Below are positions 11,693 to 25,370 of a DNA stretch of 64,000 nt, in pieces. Source of the stretch: Octopus vulgaris (Eukaryota). The DNA lies in assembly GCA_951406725.2 (NCBI GenBank), contig OX597824.1:7192001-7256000 (forward strand), read 5' to 3'. The notes under the pieces were generated by a model. That model was not told the origin of the DNA. It made no database searches and was given only the letters and a program-made list of their open reading frames with translations. Each line of letters begins with the position of its first letter. Within the stretch, counting starts at the first letter, position 1. The position numbers and the translations under genes are program-made.

Positions 11693-13576
11693 GCAAGGCA
11701 CTTTATTTTTAAAATAAACATCAGCAGTAGCTAGGAACTATCCTAGCAATTGACTGGCATCCCATCCAGTGAGATGTTATGCACACTCAGTCACTTAACA
11801 CATAAAGTGTGATGGGCTACAATCATCGCTGTCAGGCACTGTTCAATAGGTCACAATTGTAGCCCAGATAGATGCATTTAATTTATGGGCATATGTCGGG
11901 GTCTAATGTCACTTAAACAGCTCTGATACCCCCTAGAAAGAAAGAGGACAAATGGTTCAACTAATGACTTTTCAGATGTAAAACTTGGCCCCCATTATAT
12001 ACTAGGGGTGGTGAGCTGGCAGAATCGTTAGCATGACAGGCAAAATGCTTAGCAGTATTTTGTCTGCCATTACATTCTGAGTTCAAATTCTGCTGAGGTT
12101 GACTTCGCCTTTCTTCCTTTCTGGATCAATTAAATAAGTACCAGTTATGCACTGGGGTCGATGCAATCGACTTAATCTCTTTGTTTGTCCCCACTATGTT
12201 TAGCCCCCTGTGGGCATTAAAGAAATAATTATATATTAAGAATATATTTTAACTATTCTTTTTTTGTGTGTGTGTGTGCATGGTAGTTTCATTTTCATAA
12301 AGTGTGCTCAGCAGTCCCTGGTATGTGAGTTCAAATCCCAGCACTTTATGGGTTAACTGCCTCAGAAAAAGATAAGCCCTGGCCAAAGTGAGAGCTAATG
12401 CTCAGGAAAGACTTTAACTTTGAATGAGATTATCGAAGCTGAAACAGCTTTGATGATAACAAGTTTTCTCAATCAAGGATGACCTAGGGTTAACAATAAC
12501 AACAAGATCATCGAGGAATATTACCAGAAAAAGACTTGTGACCATCCAGTTTGAGACCTTTGTCTCAATTCAGTAAAACTGGAGGAGATCTTGGTTTAGG
12601 TGATATGTTTGTGTGTTTTATATCAGGAGTTTTGTGAAGGCGTCTGGCTAAGTGGTTGGGTGTTCAATTCACAATCATAAGGTCATGAGTTCAATTCCTC
12701 ATTGTGTCCTTCTGTCCTTGGGCAAGATGCTTTATTTCATGTTCCTTCAGTCCACACAGCTGGCAAAAATGAGTTGTACCTGTAATACAAGTGGAGGCGC
12801 GTGGCTTAGTGGTTAGGGTGTCAGCATCATAATCGTAAGATTGTGGTTTCGATTCCTGGACCGGGCAACGCGTTGTGTTCTTGAGCGAAACACTTCATTT
12901 CATGTTGCTCCAGTCCACACAGCTGGCAAAAATGAGTAATGCTGCGATGGACTGGCATCCCGTCCAGCTGGGGGGGGGGGATCACATAGGCCATAGAAAC
13001 TGGGAAACCGGGCCCACGAGCTTAGCTAGACTTTAAAAGGCAACAAGAACCTGTAATTCAAAGGGGGCCAGCCTTGTCACACTCTGTGTCATACTGAATC
13101 TCCCTGACATCTACATTAAGAGTATGAATGTCTGTGGAGTACTCAGCCACTTTCACATTAATTTTACAAGCTGGCTGTTCCATTGATCGGATCAAATAGA
13201 ACTCTCATTTATATCAAGAGTTTTATAGTCTATTGATATCCCCTCTTACATTTATTTTTTATTTAAGAAAGTATGAAGATCAATATTTAGAAACAACATA
13301 CACAATATGTATACATGTTTTTCTTTTCTTTTGATATATATATATATCTCGATAATGGCTGAAATTGCATTTGACCCTCTGGCCAGTAACTAACGAGGGG
13401 TTGATGACCTCCTGTGTTTTCTCTTCACCTGTGTATTTAGTATATGTTTGATTGTTTATTTACTACACGTTTTTTTAATTACATCATCATCATCATCATC
13501 GTTTAGCGTCCGTGATGATGATGATGATGATGTAATTAAAAAACGTGTAGTAAATAAACAACCAAACATATACTAA

Positions 13577-13630
<54 letters not shown>

Positions 13631-14397
13631 CGTTTTTGGATTTGGTTTGCAAGATTCTTTATATGAGTTCGTGTGTTGAAGCATATTTTATTGTGTCTGG
13701 GGAGAGTCATTCTCTTTTAGTGCCTTATTATTTAAAACACTCACCGTTAAAATTTCCACATATTTCTTATTTTTATTTTCCTAAAATTTTCGTTGTGTCT
13801 TGCAAACCTTTTCAATAGTTTTGAAGCTGTCCCTTATTTACACTGCGTTCCTTTTTGTTTGTTTGTGCGCATGTGTCAAGACAATTGAAAAGGTTGCAAG
13901 ACACAACGATAATTTTAAGAAAATAAAAATAAGAAATAAGTGGAAATTTTACAGGCGAGTGTGTTACATTATAAGGCACAAAAAGAAAATGACTCTCTCC
14001 AGACACAACAGTAAGTCTGTATATACATATATATATATTCACATCAATAATGGCTGAAATTGCATTTGACTCTCTGGCCAGTAACTGATGAGGAGTTGGT
14101 GACCTCCTGTGTTTTCTGTTCGTTTGTGTATTTAGTCTATATTCGTTTGTTTATTTACTACATGTTGTTTTTTAATTACACACATATATATATATATATA
14201 TATATATCTTCCTAGTGTTGGTGCTATGCAAAAAAAAAGTAGCCACTATATGCTGTGAAGTGGTTGGCATTAGGAAGGACTTACAGCTGTAGAAACCACC
14301 ACAAAGCAGAAGACCCTGGAACATGATGTAGTTCTTTGCCCCGCTGGATATTGTGAATTAGTCCAACCCATGCCAGCATCAAACATGGACATTAAAT

Positions 14398-14745
14398 GAC
14401 GATGATGATGATGATAATGATGATGATGAGGAGGAAGAAGAAGATGATGATGAGGAAGATGATGATGATGAGGAGGAGGAAGATGATGATGATGATGATG
14501 ATAATGATGAAGAGGAGGAAGATGATGAGGAGGAGGAGGAAGAAGATGAGGAGGAGGAAGATGATGATGATAATGATGAAGAGGAGGAAGATGATGATGA
14601 GGAGGAGGAAGAAGATGAGGAGGAGGAAGATGATGATGATAATGATGAAGAGGAGGAAGATGATGATGAGGAGGAGGAAGAAGATGAGGAGGAGGAAGAT
14701 GATGATGATAATGATGATGATGTGGAGGAGGAGGAGGAGGAGGAA

Positions 14746-14780
<35 letters not shown>

Positions 14781-14800
14781 CGACGATGGTGATGATGATG
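14398..14800 (+). repeat. (GAT/GAG/GAA)n compound repeat with 69-bp higher-order period
   Basis: ataatgatgaagagg recurs at 14501, 14570 and 14639. The tract directly follows an RTE-type 3' end. Confidence 0.85.
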
Positions 14801-15500
14801 TTGATACATACACATACTCATACACAAAGCAATTATCTCTGTGCAAGTAAATGTGTTGTCGTGTGTGGGTTTGTGTGAAATCTTTTTATTGCTTTCCAAC
14901 ATTAATGATTACATTTCATATTTGCACTTGACTTCAATAATTAATTAATAAATTAATTAAAAGTTTAATTTATGCATCATAAAATATAACACATTTTGGT
15001 TTTTAAAAAATCACAGACTTCAGTCTGAGTGATATATCATGAAAAAGGAAAAAAAGAGAAACAGCTGGCACAGGAGTGGCTGTGGGGTAAGTAGCTTGCT
15101 TCCCAGGCACATGGTTCTGGGTTCAGTCCCACTGCATGGCACCTTGGGTAAGTGTTTTCTACTATAGCATCAGGCCAACTGAAGCTTTGTGAGTGAATCT
15201 GGTAGACGGAAACCGAAAGAAGCCCATCGTGTATATATATATATGTATGTATGTATGTATGCATGTATTTGTTCTTTGTGTCTGTGTTTGTTCCCCCCAC
15301 CATCGCTTGACAACCGATGCTGGTGTGTTTACATCCCCGTAATTTAGTGGTTCGGTAAAAGAGACTGATAGAATAAGTACTAGGCTTACAAAGAATAAGT
15401 CCTGGGGTTGATTTGATAAACTAAAGGCGATGCTCCAGCATGGCCATAGTCAAATGACTGAAACAAATAAAAGAATAAATAGAAAATAATTCTATAAATA

Positions 15501-15700
15501 ATAATAATGGTATTTTTTTCATAAGCTTAAAGCTCATAGTGATCACCGTGCAAACGACAACAGAAAATAGTCTAATAACAGGGCATACAAGCCCACTTCT
15601 TTCTGTCAAGGGCTTTTATGCCCCAATATTAAACTATTTTCCTTAGTCATTGGCACAGTGATCACTATGCGCTTTAAGCTTATAAAAAAATATCATTATT
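15501..15700. mobile_element. ~200-bp imperfect palindrome (hairpin MITE)
   Basis: ataagcttaaagctcatagtgatcac...gtgatcactatgcgctttaagcttat. Arms are ~90 bp with a ~15-bp centre. Confidence 0.75.
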
Positions 15701-16442
15701 GTTTACAGAATTGTAGAAACTCGACACTGCTTAACAAAACCATTCAGACAGAATATAGTTTGGACATATGTTTTCACTGTGTTGACTCTGCACTGTAATG
15801 GTCCATATATGATCTTTTGGATGGATTTTATAAGTTTGCTATGGGCAAAAGACATCAAAGTACAACTGGAGGCAAAGACCCCTAGTACAAAGCTCAGCAA
15901 TTTGGAGCAGTGTGGAGTCAGACCCTAATCATCACTACTTCTGGCCTCTAGTGGTAGTACCTGTCAAGGACCCCAGTTATGGGTGAAATACAGGACACAG
16001 AAGAATGCTGGCCCCTAGATCATTCAAGCCCACTAGGGCTTGTGTGATCTAGGGGCCAGCATCACACAAGCCCACTAGGTTGTGGACATAACCTGTTCTG
16101 TGAACTAATTGACAGTTTAAAAGACCATGAGCCTCAAGAGTAAGTTTGGCAGAGGAAGTGAGTCACAGAGGACAATTGTAAAGAAACCAGAAGACAATGG
16201 GAAAATCACTTCTGTATCTTATTCTTGGATTTGTTTCAGCCATGCTGGAGCACCACCTTTAGTCAAACAAATCAATCCCAGGACTTATTCTTTGTAAGCT
16301 TAGCACTTATTCTATCAGAATCTCTAAGTTACAGGGACATAAACACACCAACATCGGTTGTCAAGAGATTGTGGGGGACAAGAAACACACACAAATATAT
16401 ACATACATACATATATACATACATATATGTATATATATATAT

Positions 16443-16503
<61 letters not shown>

Positions 16504-17893
16504 CAGCAGGCTTCTTTCAGTTTCTATCTACCGAATCCACTCACAAGGCTTTAGTCAGCTCGAGGCTATAGTAGAAGACACTTGCCCAAGGTGCCACACA
16601 GTGGGACTGAACACAGAACCATGTGGTTGGGAAGCAAGCTACTTACCACACAGCCACGAATAACCATGAATTCTTGCACTTTTGTATGAAAGCCTATGAT
16701 CAGTGATGACTGTAAAAACCAGACACAGAATATGAATAGAAAGAGATTATATCCGTAAACCGTAGCAGATCAGAGCATAATGACATGTACTAGATACCAT
16801 AGATCAGTCATGTGATATCTAGCAGATCCCTCTCAAGATTTAATTGCAAGTCCCTATCTACAATTTAATCATGAAAGAGAAGTGAGAAAAATACAAATAC
16901 ATTTTACAATTGTCATACTGGTCTATTGTCGTTGATAAGGTTATTTGATCCTATTGAATTCAATAACAATTATAACTGTGATGTAGAAATAACGATATCA
17001 CCATTAGATAAATCACTTTCAGCAAATACTGGAGGCTTGCTCGGGTATTTGACAATGCTCGTAGCAAGATATAGAGTCGAATCTGTCCTGAGGCAGATGT
17101 ATTGTGTTTTATCAACTTGGCTATTGTTCCGCAAAACAAAGAAAATACAAAAATGACAAAAAAAATACATTTTAATGAATGCATTAATAGCTTACATTGA
17201 AACTAACTCCATTCCAGATATGTATTTAACCAGAACAAGTTCAAAAGGTATAAAACTCCAATGTCAAAACCATATTTCACATCAAAATATTTTCTCGTAA
17301 ATATGAGCATTACAATCTTTTCATACGAAACAAGGTGGTTCCGTATTACATTACTTTCAACAGACTACAACAATACAGCGTGCATTCATTCACACATAAC
17401 ACAATAAATGTAAGGCCTCCCAATTTTTAAAGAGATGCCACAGTGATAACACTTGTGTAACATAATAAATAGCATCTCCTAAAAGTTAAGCTTTCTCTTC
17501 AGCACTGAATAATTGCTAACACTTCAAAAGCCATGTAAGTATCATATTTTACGGCTGATTTGTGTTTTGTCAAGAAAATAGCCTGAATTTCATTTTTTTT
17601 TTTAATTAAATTTAAAAAAAAAGAATAGTGTATCATAGTTTTAAATAATAACAAAAACATGTCCATGGTCCAACTCTTTTGATGCTAACCCACCTGAGAT
17701 TGCTTCTATACTCTTTAATATGACAGCAGTTTTTTATGCGTTGCTATTTAGATTAGTGAAAACAGCATAACCAAATGGTTAAGTGATTTGCTTTGCAATT
17801 ATGAGCATGTAAGTTCAATCCCAGTGCATGGCATCTCGAGCAAGTGCCTTTTATTAGAGCCTTGAATTGGCCCATGCTTTATGATTAACATGG

Positions 17894-18131
17894 ATGATGA
17901 TGATGAGACAGCGTTCACCTGGAGTGGGTTGAGCTGGCTTCATTCATCCTCAATGCTGCATCTCTCACAAACACCGACCAGGCCTGGTGATTTCAGGCTA
18001 ACGACCATGTGATCTCCAACCACTCCTTATTCCAGCGGCAAATGCCGTAGACATGGGGGCCTAGGTTGGGTTCCAGATCAGCCTTGACTATCATCAGCCA
18101 GGATTTTCATTGTCCACTACATCATTTGTCC
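17894..18131 (-). mobile_element. RTE-clade LINE 3' fragment with (CAT)n tail
   Basis: Minus strand GQ*KSWLMIVKADLEPNLGPHVYGICRWNKEWLEITWSLA*NHQAWSVFVRDA, an RTE C-terminal pattern. Confidence 0.65.
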
Positions 18132-19549
18132 TGGGGTCGATTTGCTCGACTAAAGGTGGTGCTCCAGCATGGCCACAGTCAACTGACTGAAAGTGTAAGA
18201 GAGCGTACATTTATATATAGGTGCAGGCATGGCTGTGTGGTAAGAAGTTTGCTTTCTGACCACAAGGACTTGGGTTCATTCTTCTACAATTGTTCAGGGT
18301 CAACCAAAGCTTTGTAAGTTGATTTGGTAGACAGAAACTGAAAGAAGGGCAGCGAGCTAGCAGAAACGTTAGCATGCCAGGTGAAATGCTTAGCGGTATT
18401 TCGTCTGCCGTTAAATTCTGAGTTCAAATTCCACCGAGGTCGACTTTGCCTTTCATCCTTTCGGGGTCGATAAATTAAGTACCAGTTAAACACTGGGGTC
18501 GATGTAATCGACTTAATCCCTTTGTCTGTCCTTGTTTGTCCTCTCTATGTTTAGCCCCTTATGGGTAGTAAGGAAATAAGAAACTGGAAGAAGCTAGTCA
18601 TGTGAGTGAATGTGTGTGTGTGATTTTGTGTTTGTTCCCCACCTCTGCTTGATGATAGGTGTTGGTTTGTTTACATTCCTCTAACTTCGCAATTTGGCAA
18701 AGAGAGGCCAACAGAATAGATATTAAGCTTCAAAAACCATAAGTGCCATGGTCAATTTGCCTGTCTCAACCCTTTGGGGCAGTGCCTCAGCATGGCTGCC
18801 GCCAGATGGCCGATACAAGTAGAAGATAATATTGTGATGATCATAAATATGAAAAACATCAATTCAGACTGGCAGGAAAAGGGTCCATTTGCCCACATAC
18901 AGAATCTCAGTTTATGACTAGGATTTCATTTTAATCTTCAGCTTACAAAAAAAAAGAGTGGGGGAGGCATTAAAAAACAAACACCAATAATTCTTCAGAA
19001 AATGTGTTTCTCGTCACAAAATAAAATTTATTATTAAAAAAAAAAGATACTAAAATACATGAAATTCAGTAATTGAATCTCAAACTGCTTAAATTCGCTA
19101 CAAGTACAAGCCATATTTTATGAGAATGTTACAATAGACAACATATTAATGGAAACATGTGATTTACAACAGTACCACAATGTTAAACAACACCAGTTTT
19201 TTGTTGTTTTATCAGCTTGTTTCTTTTATTTTTATTTATTTATTTTTTTTTTTTCAATTTTTTACTGGGGACCACGAAGCATGAGAAGAATTCTTAATGC
19301 CAATAATTTCAAGATTCAGAATAAAATGTTACCAATTGAAGTCGTAACTAGTTGCACAAGCTACCGTTACATCTAATATTTCTTAATTACGTATGTGTGC
19401 ATGTGTGCATGTGTATGAACGTGTGTGTGTGTGTGTAACATCTACTTAGAAAATAAAAAAAAAGATAAAATTAGTAAGGAACAAAAGGAAAATGAAATTC
19501 TAAACCTTTTTTTGTTGTTGCATCCATAAGAAATGTATAAGAAAAACTG

Positions 19550-19598
<49 letters not shown>

Positions 19599-19628
19599 CA
19601 TATGTATGTATATATATGTATATATATG

Positions 19629-19675
<47 letters not shown>

Positions 19676-19699
19676 ATATATAATGTGTATATAAGTATA

Positions 19700-19750
<51 letters not shown>

Positions 19751-19786
19751 CATATGTATATATATGTATATATATATGTATGTATA

Positions 19787-19834
<48 letters not shown>

Positions 19835-19863
19835 GTGTATATAAGTATATGTGTGTGTATATA

Positions 19864-19910
<47 letters not shown>

Positions 19911-19998
19911 ATGTATGTGTATACATGAGTGTTTGTGTGCATGTGCATAAATACATACATATAACTTACTGTAAATATATACATATATGTATGAGTGC

Positions 19999-20046
<48 letters not shown>

Positions 20047-20893
20047 ATACACACACGCACACACACACACACACACTTATTCTTTAGTTTTCCATTTTTC
20101 AATAGTTATAAGAAATATATTTCAAGGTTTCAAATAAGCTGTGATTCCCAGCAGTTTTCTTAGTATTGATCTTTTAATATATCTCTCATAAGCAAAAAAC
20201 AAAAAAAAGGGGAAAACTATGGGGAAAAAATAAAGGCAACAACAACAAAAAAAAAACACACACTAATAATGATTAAAGTTACTTAAAAGCATCTAGCTTT
20301 AAATAATTTCAATGAATAAATTGAAATTGTTTTTTCTGACGTAGATATTTCTGTTGCTTATTTTTTAAGAATTTTATGTTTTAATGTCCATTATTTAACA
20401 ATACGCTTAATATTTTTAGCACTAAAGAAAGTGATAGCTAGAGAGGAAAATGAGGGCGGAGGAGGGAAACACATCTTCAGAGCAGATGTGGATTAGAATT
20501 CGAAACAGTGTGTGTGTGTGTGTGTGTGTGTGTGTCTGTCTGCCTGTGTGTGTGTGTGCATATATGTATGTATGTATGTATGCATATATGTATATATGTA
20601 TATATATAAATATGTGTGTGTGTATATACATATATATACATATATATATCTACATATATATAAATATATCATCATCATCATCATCATCGTTTAGCGTCCG
20701 CTTTCCATGCTAGCATGTATAGCTATGTATATATATACATATATATATTTACATCTATATGAACATATATATGTATATATCTATACATATATATATTTAC
20801 ATATATATAAGTATATATATGTATGTATATATATATATATATATATACATATATACACATATACATATATATATAAATATATATACATATGTA

Positions 20894-20928
<35 letters not shown>

Positions 20929-21314
20929 GAATATACATTTATGTATGTATATATACATTGATACAGATATAGAAATATGTGTAGGCCCTTCTTATCATTA
21001 TAATCCTTTCGTCCCCTAGCATGAAGCTAGCATCACCACCTCTTCCAGGGCTCGTAGTCCTGCGAACTGTGTGGAAATTTCGATAGAATAGGTGGCACAA
21101 AAAAAGCACTCAGTCCATGTTGTAAAGCGGTTGGTGTTAGGAAGAGCATCCAGCTGTAGAAAGCATGTTAAGATGGACACAGGAGGTCAATGAAATCCTT
21201 GGAGACATCAGATGCGGTCAAAGTATACATCCCACATCAGTATGGAACATGGATGCTAAATGATGATGATGATGATAATGTGTGTGTATGTGTGTGTGTG
21301 TGTGTGTGTATACA

Positions 21315-21358
<44 letters not shown>

Positions 21359-21454
21359 GATAGATAGCTATAGATATATACATACATATATATATAGAGA
21401 GAGAGATAGATAGATAGCTAGCTATAGATATATACATACATATATATATATATA

Positions 21455-21582
21455 TATATTTAGTTGTAATTTATACAAAAACGAAAGCTGAAGACAGGTG
21501 TATGAACAACAAGCAAGTGTATTAGTTTGACACTTGGGGGAAAATGAAAAAAGTCTTTTACGTTTTGAGCCTACGCTCTTCA
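21455..21582 (-). mobile_element. Second fragment of the same Penelope-like terminal repeat
   Basis: Reverse complement GAAGAGCGTAGGCTCAAAACGTAAAAGAC...cacctgtcttc aligns by eye to 32478-32590. Confidence 0.45.
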
Positions 21583-21596
21583 GCATACATATATAT

Positions 21597-21722
21597 ACAG
21601 GGTGGGTAAATAAACTGTCATTTAAATTGCACAAAAATGAAAATAACACTGACAACTCATTTTCACAGAAATATTTACCAAAATTAAATAAAAAATATCT
21701 TGAAATACTAAAGAATACATTT
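21597..21722 (-). mobile_element. Terminal fragment of the same maT-type transposon
   Basis: tacagggtg...aaaataacactg...atatttaccaaaatta aligns to 40393-40515. Confidence 0.65.
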
Positions 21723-24289
21723 ATTACTGTAAAACCCACGTAATTTGTGCACTTACATAATTTACGCAGGTGATTTTCAGGATAAAATTTGTTAAAAACA
21801 GCTTCTACTCGTGTAAAATTCGCACCCAAAAGTTTTCAGAATTGCCAATATGGCCAGGGGGAAAAGGTTTTCAGTTTAGTTGTATTTAGCATTATTTCAC
21901 TTACTTATGATTAGATTTCATTAAATTTTCATTACATAAAAATAATTTCTGTTTAACAGGTATCATACTGAAAGCTATTTAATTACAAAGTGTTTGTTTT
22001 GCTTGTAATAAACTATGTTTTACATTTCTTGCCCAGAAGAGATTATGTCCGATCTTTAGCACACTTCTGTATGTTTTGTCAAATCACGATCACAGGAAAA
22101 ATTGTTGATAATTCTTATCAACAAAAACAAAGCTGATAAATACACACAAGTGTTGTAAAATAAGTTTAATTACCAACCAACATCAGCTTGGATGACACTT
22201 TACTACTCAACCGACAGAGGAAGGTGACCGATCAAACTGATTATGTAATTAGAATTCTGATTGGTCGAAAGTGTGTTCTTGTCTCAAGCTCTGATTTTTC
22301 TACCGAAATTTTAATCTCTTTAACACTTATGAAATGTCAAGCAAACTTTAAAATTTATCATTATCATTTTAGCCGGGAGACCAAATTGATAGTTTGGTAA
22401 CCAGCGAAAATAAACATTAAAAACCAAAAAGAGAAAATAAACAGCTGCCATTTTAACTTAGTGTCTATTGAACAAGAGAGGTGCGAAATTTAAGAAGCAA
22501 CTTGTTAGAATATACACGTCTGTGTGGAGACATAAACAAGAATAGCAAAAATCTATACCAAAAGAACTAGTAATTCCTACATTACAAGTTTTCTATGAAG
22601 AAAACATAAGATTGTTGCATAATTCAACATGAATGTGAAATGACATTAAACATCGGATAAGGTAAATGAAGGTTTTTATAGGAATGCTAAGTCATATTCA
22701 CTTAGTGAGTTTACATGTGCAAGGACAAATTATGATACTGTCATCAACGTTAGGTGTAGTAAGAACTGGTAGCAGCAATGTTGGCAGTGATAAATTTCAT
22801 TGTCCTAACGCAGACAAAATGAGTAATAGCTTCCTGGAGGCAAACGCAAGCTAGACGCCTTGAGTGGAGAAAAACTGATCCATTTAAGGAAATTGCTGGG
22901 CTCCATTGCGATAGGTAGAAACTCCAAGCTCAATTCATTTCATCATCTTTTTCACAGCAACCACAAACTGGATGTGTCTTTTCACCTCCAAAAATAGAGA
23001 GCAGTCACCATATTTCAGCCCATAATGGCTATCTCTGAGGAGCACAGGGTTACATAATCAGACTGTTATCTAACACTCTGTTGAACCCCCAGTGCAAAAC
23101 CAATTGATAAGACTGGCTGTAATGGTTATATACTACTGTACACTTCGATTATATATATATATATATAGACACACACACACGCACACACAAACAAACACGT
23201 AAATAAATTTAATAAGCAAATGACAAATATGGATGAGACAGGAAAACAGAGGCAAAACTTGCATTTCATTTCGGTTAGAAAGAAGTATGGAATTACCATT
23301 TCAATGAGAAGAGCTGACAAGAAGGAAAAGTTTAAAAAGAAGAAAAAAAATTAGTGGAACACCAGATAGTTCCTTCAGGATGAACAATACATAAATTCTT
23401 CAAACGTTCCTCCAATAATTGTTTTATGCTCTTAGACAGAAGCAAATTTATAAAATTAGTTCATAGTTGTGTATTTGATGAAACAGCTTCAAGAAGATGC
23501 TGTTATCCAAGAAAAGTGATACTTATGTGTGGATATATAATGTATACTACATGTAGATGTGTGTGTGTGTGTATACATTTGCACCAGTGTAATTATGAGC
23601 ATAGATATATATTAAATACACACATACACACACACACATAGATATACATCTATTTTTGCAGTAGCAGCTTCAAATAAAGCGATTAATTGCTCCTAAGAAA
23701 ACTATAAAAGAAAAAAAATATTTCAAACTACTTTTCACTTACACAACAACTTGCAAGATGCAAAATCCTGATAATTTTTCAACATAAAACAACTACTGAT
23801 AAAACATGAGTCTGTATAAAACAAGGGATGTACTTTTGGTTGTGCTCTCATCATACAAGAGTACAAAAAAAAAACTAGTTCTGGCTATTTTATAACAGTA
23901 AAAGTTTTGAAAATTCCATCTCATCCTTAATTTATGCACCAAATCCTATTTTTGTCTTTTGGAATGACATTGTGGTTATTGAACAATGGGACTTAAAGAT
24001 ATACCTAAGAACATTATTTACATTTGGCGGATATTTGTCCTCATCTTGTTTGTTGCTAACACAGCATTTCGGCGGCGGTGCTGTTGAGGGTGGCGGCGGT
24101 GGGGGGGAGTGGTGGTATGGTGGTGGTGGTGGTGGTTATGTTGGTGGTGGTGGTGTTGATGTGTTCAGTTGGTTTGTTTACTTATTTCACACATCCCTTC
24201 TTCCATGTGAGCACAGGTTAGCAGGAGGTATATATATACATATTTCTGCAGTAGTACTGTATGGCCAGATGCACTTACTGTTAACCAGC

Positions 24290-25100
24290 ACTCACCTGTT
24301 CTCCAAGAAAGGTTTCTTAAAGCTGTCACCAAGCCAAGATCAGGTGATAATAACAACAAAGAATAAACTTACCTGTCGCAAGAAGCAATTGCATATTGAT
24401 TACTCTTAAACTATAGATTCGTTCAGTGAATGAGACAGGTACCCACCACCCAGGTAACTTGATGATAGAATCAATAAGCCCTTTCTTTCTTTGTTTCGTT
24501 TCTGCAAACAAATTCTTCCCCACCTTTGACTTTACTGGTGCATATCACTAAAAACCCCTGTCATGCTTTCCAAGCATGTAAAAGGCTTTATCAAGATTGT
24601 CATGTTCCTTTTGATGTTAGAAATGGCATTTACCTGTTTCCCAGAGAATAAAGTTGTTGTCGAAGAAAGAAAAATCGAAAAACATCTTCCCCTACTTTCA
24701 TGATACTGCGATAGGTGGAACTGAACAAAGATGAACATGATTTGAATGGCTGTATATACTTAAACTTGACTCTAAATAGTTGCCAATCTGTTATTTTGGC
24801 AAATTCTATAAAAGTTCTTGGCTATTATATAGAGAAAAGTTTTATTCTGTCAGATCCTCAAAGATTTCTTCATTCTTTACAAAATGCTGCTATCTCCATT
24901 GAATCTTCAATCGCTTCACAGAACTTTACACATGTTTGTGTATAATACAAAATGGCTCCATGAATTCTCAGATAAGATCTACCTGTCTCTACAGACGAGG
25001 TTAAAAGGACTAGTTGTTGATTGCGTGAGCCAAATTTAAGCCACAATTGTTTCCCACACTGGAAGGACCTTCCGGTCAAGGTTCGTCAACTGATGAAGTA
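24290..25100 (+). mobile_element. Degenerate Ty3/gypsy pol reverse transcriptase remnant
   Basis: RT-like motifs in the expected order across stops and frameshifts: IDYS*TI..DRYPPP, FDFTGAYH*, VPFDVRNGI, EHDLN, LNLTLNS..IKVLGYYIEK..SDPQR. Confidence 0.75.
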
Positions 25101-25330
25101 ACTTAGGTTTATCTCTTTTATTCATCCCTCCAACTCACATCACTTCTGTTGCAACCAGTTTCTTAAATACCAAGGATGTAAGAAATTGCTGTCTTTCTTT
25201 TATTTCCATCTTTAACTTGAAGAAGGTACTCTTTCCAAAATGTTGGACACTCCATTCCCCACAGTAACACAGTAATTACTCTTTCTGTCACTGTTTTCAA
25301 ACAAAATAATCCGCATAGGTTCATTTAGTG

Positions 25331-25369
<39 letters not shown>

Positions 25370-25370
<1 letters not shown>

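Noticed and set aside
14085-14108. CTGATGA-ggag..ctcc hammerhead-like half
   Set aside because: No GAAA and no stem I/III follow, and the homologous copy at ~13390 lacks the core.
14270-14902. His/Pro-rich, poly-Ser and Met/Arg ORFs
   Set aside because: They are reading frames of a trinucleotide repeat tail with no splice or homology support.
16970-17170. IVKYPSKPPVF, faintly like MON2 VEFSCKPPQY
   Set aside because: Flanking residues do not align, there are no suitable splice sites, and the intervening exons are absent.
22660-23060. Possible hAT transposase relic (GQ-YD..N motif)
   Set aside because: Needs frameshifts and rests on one short motif. A profile search is required.
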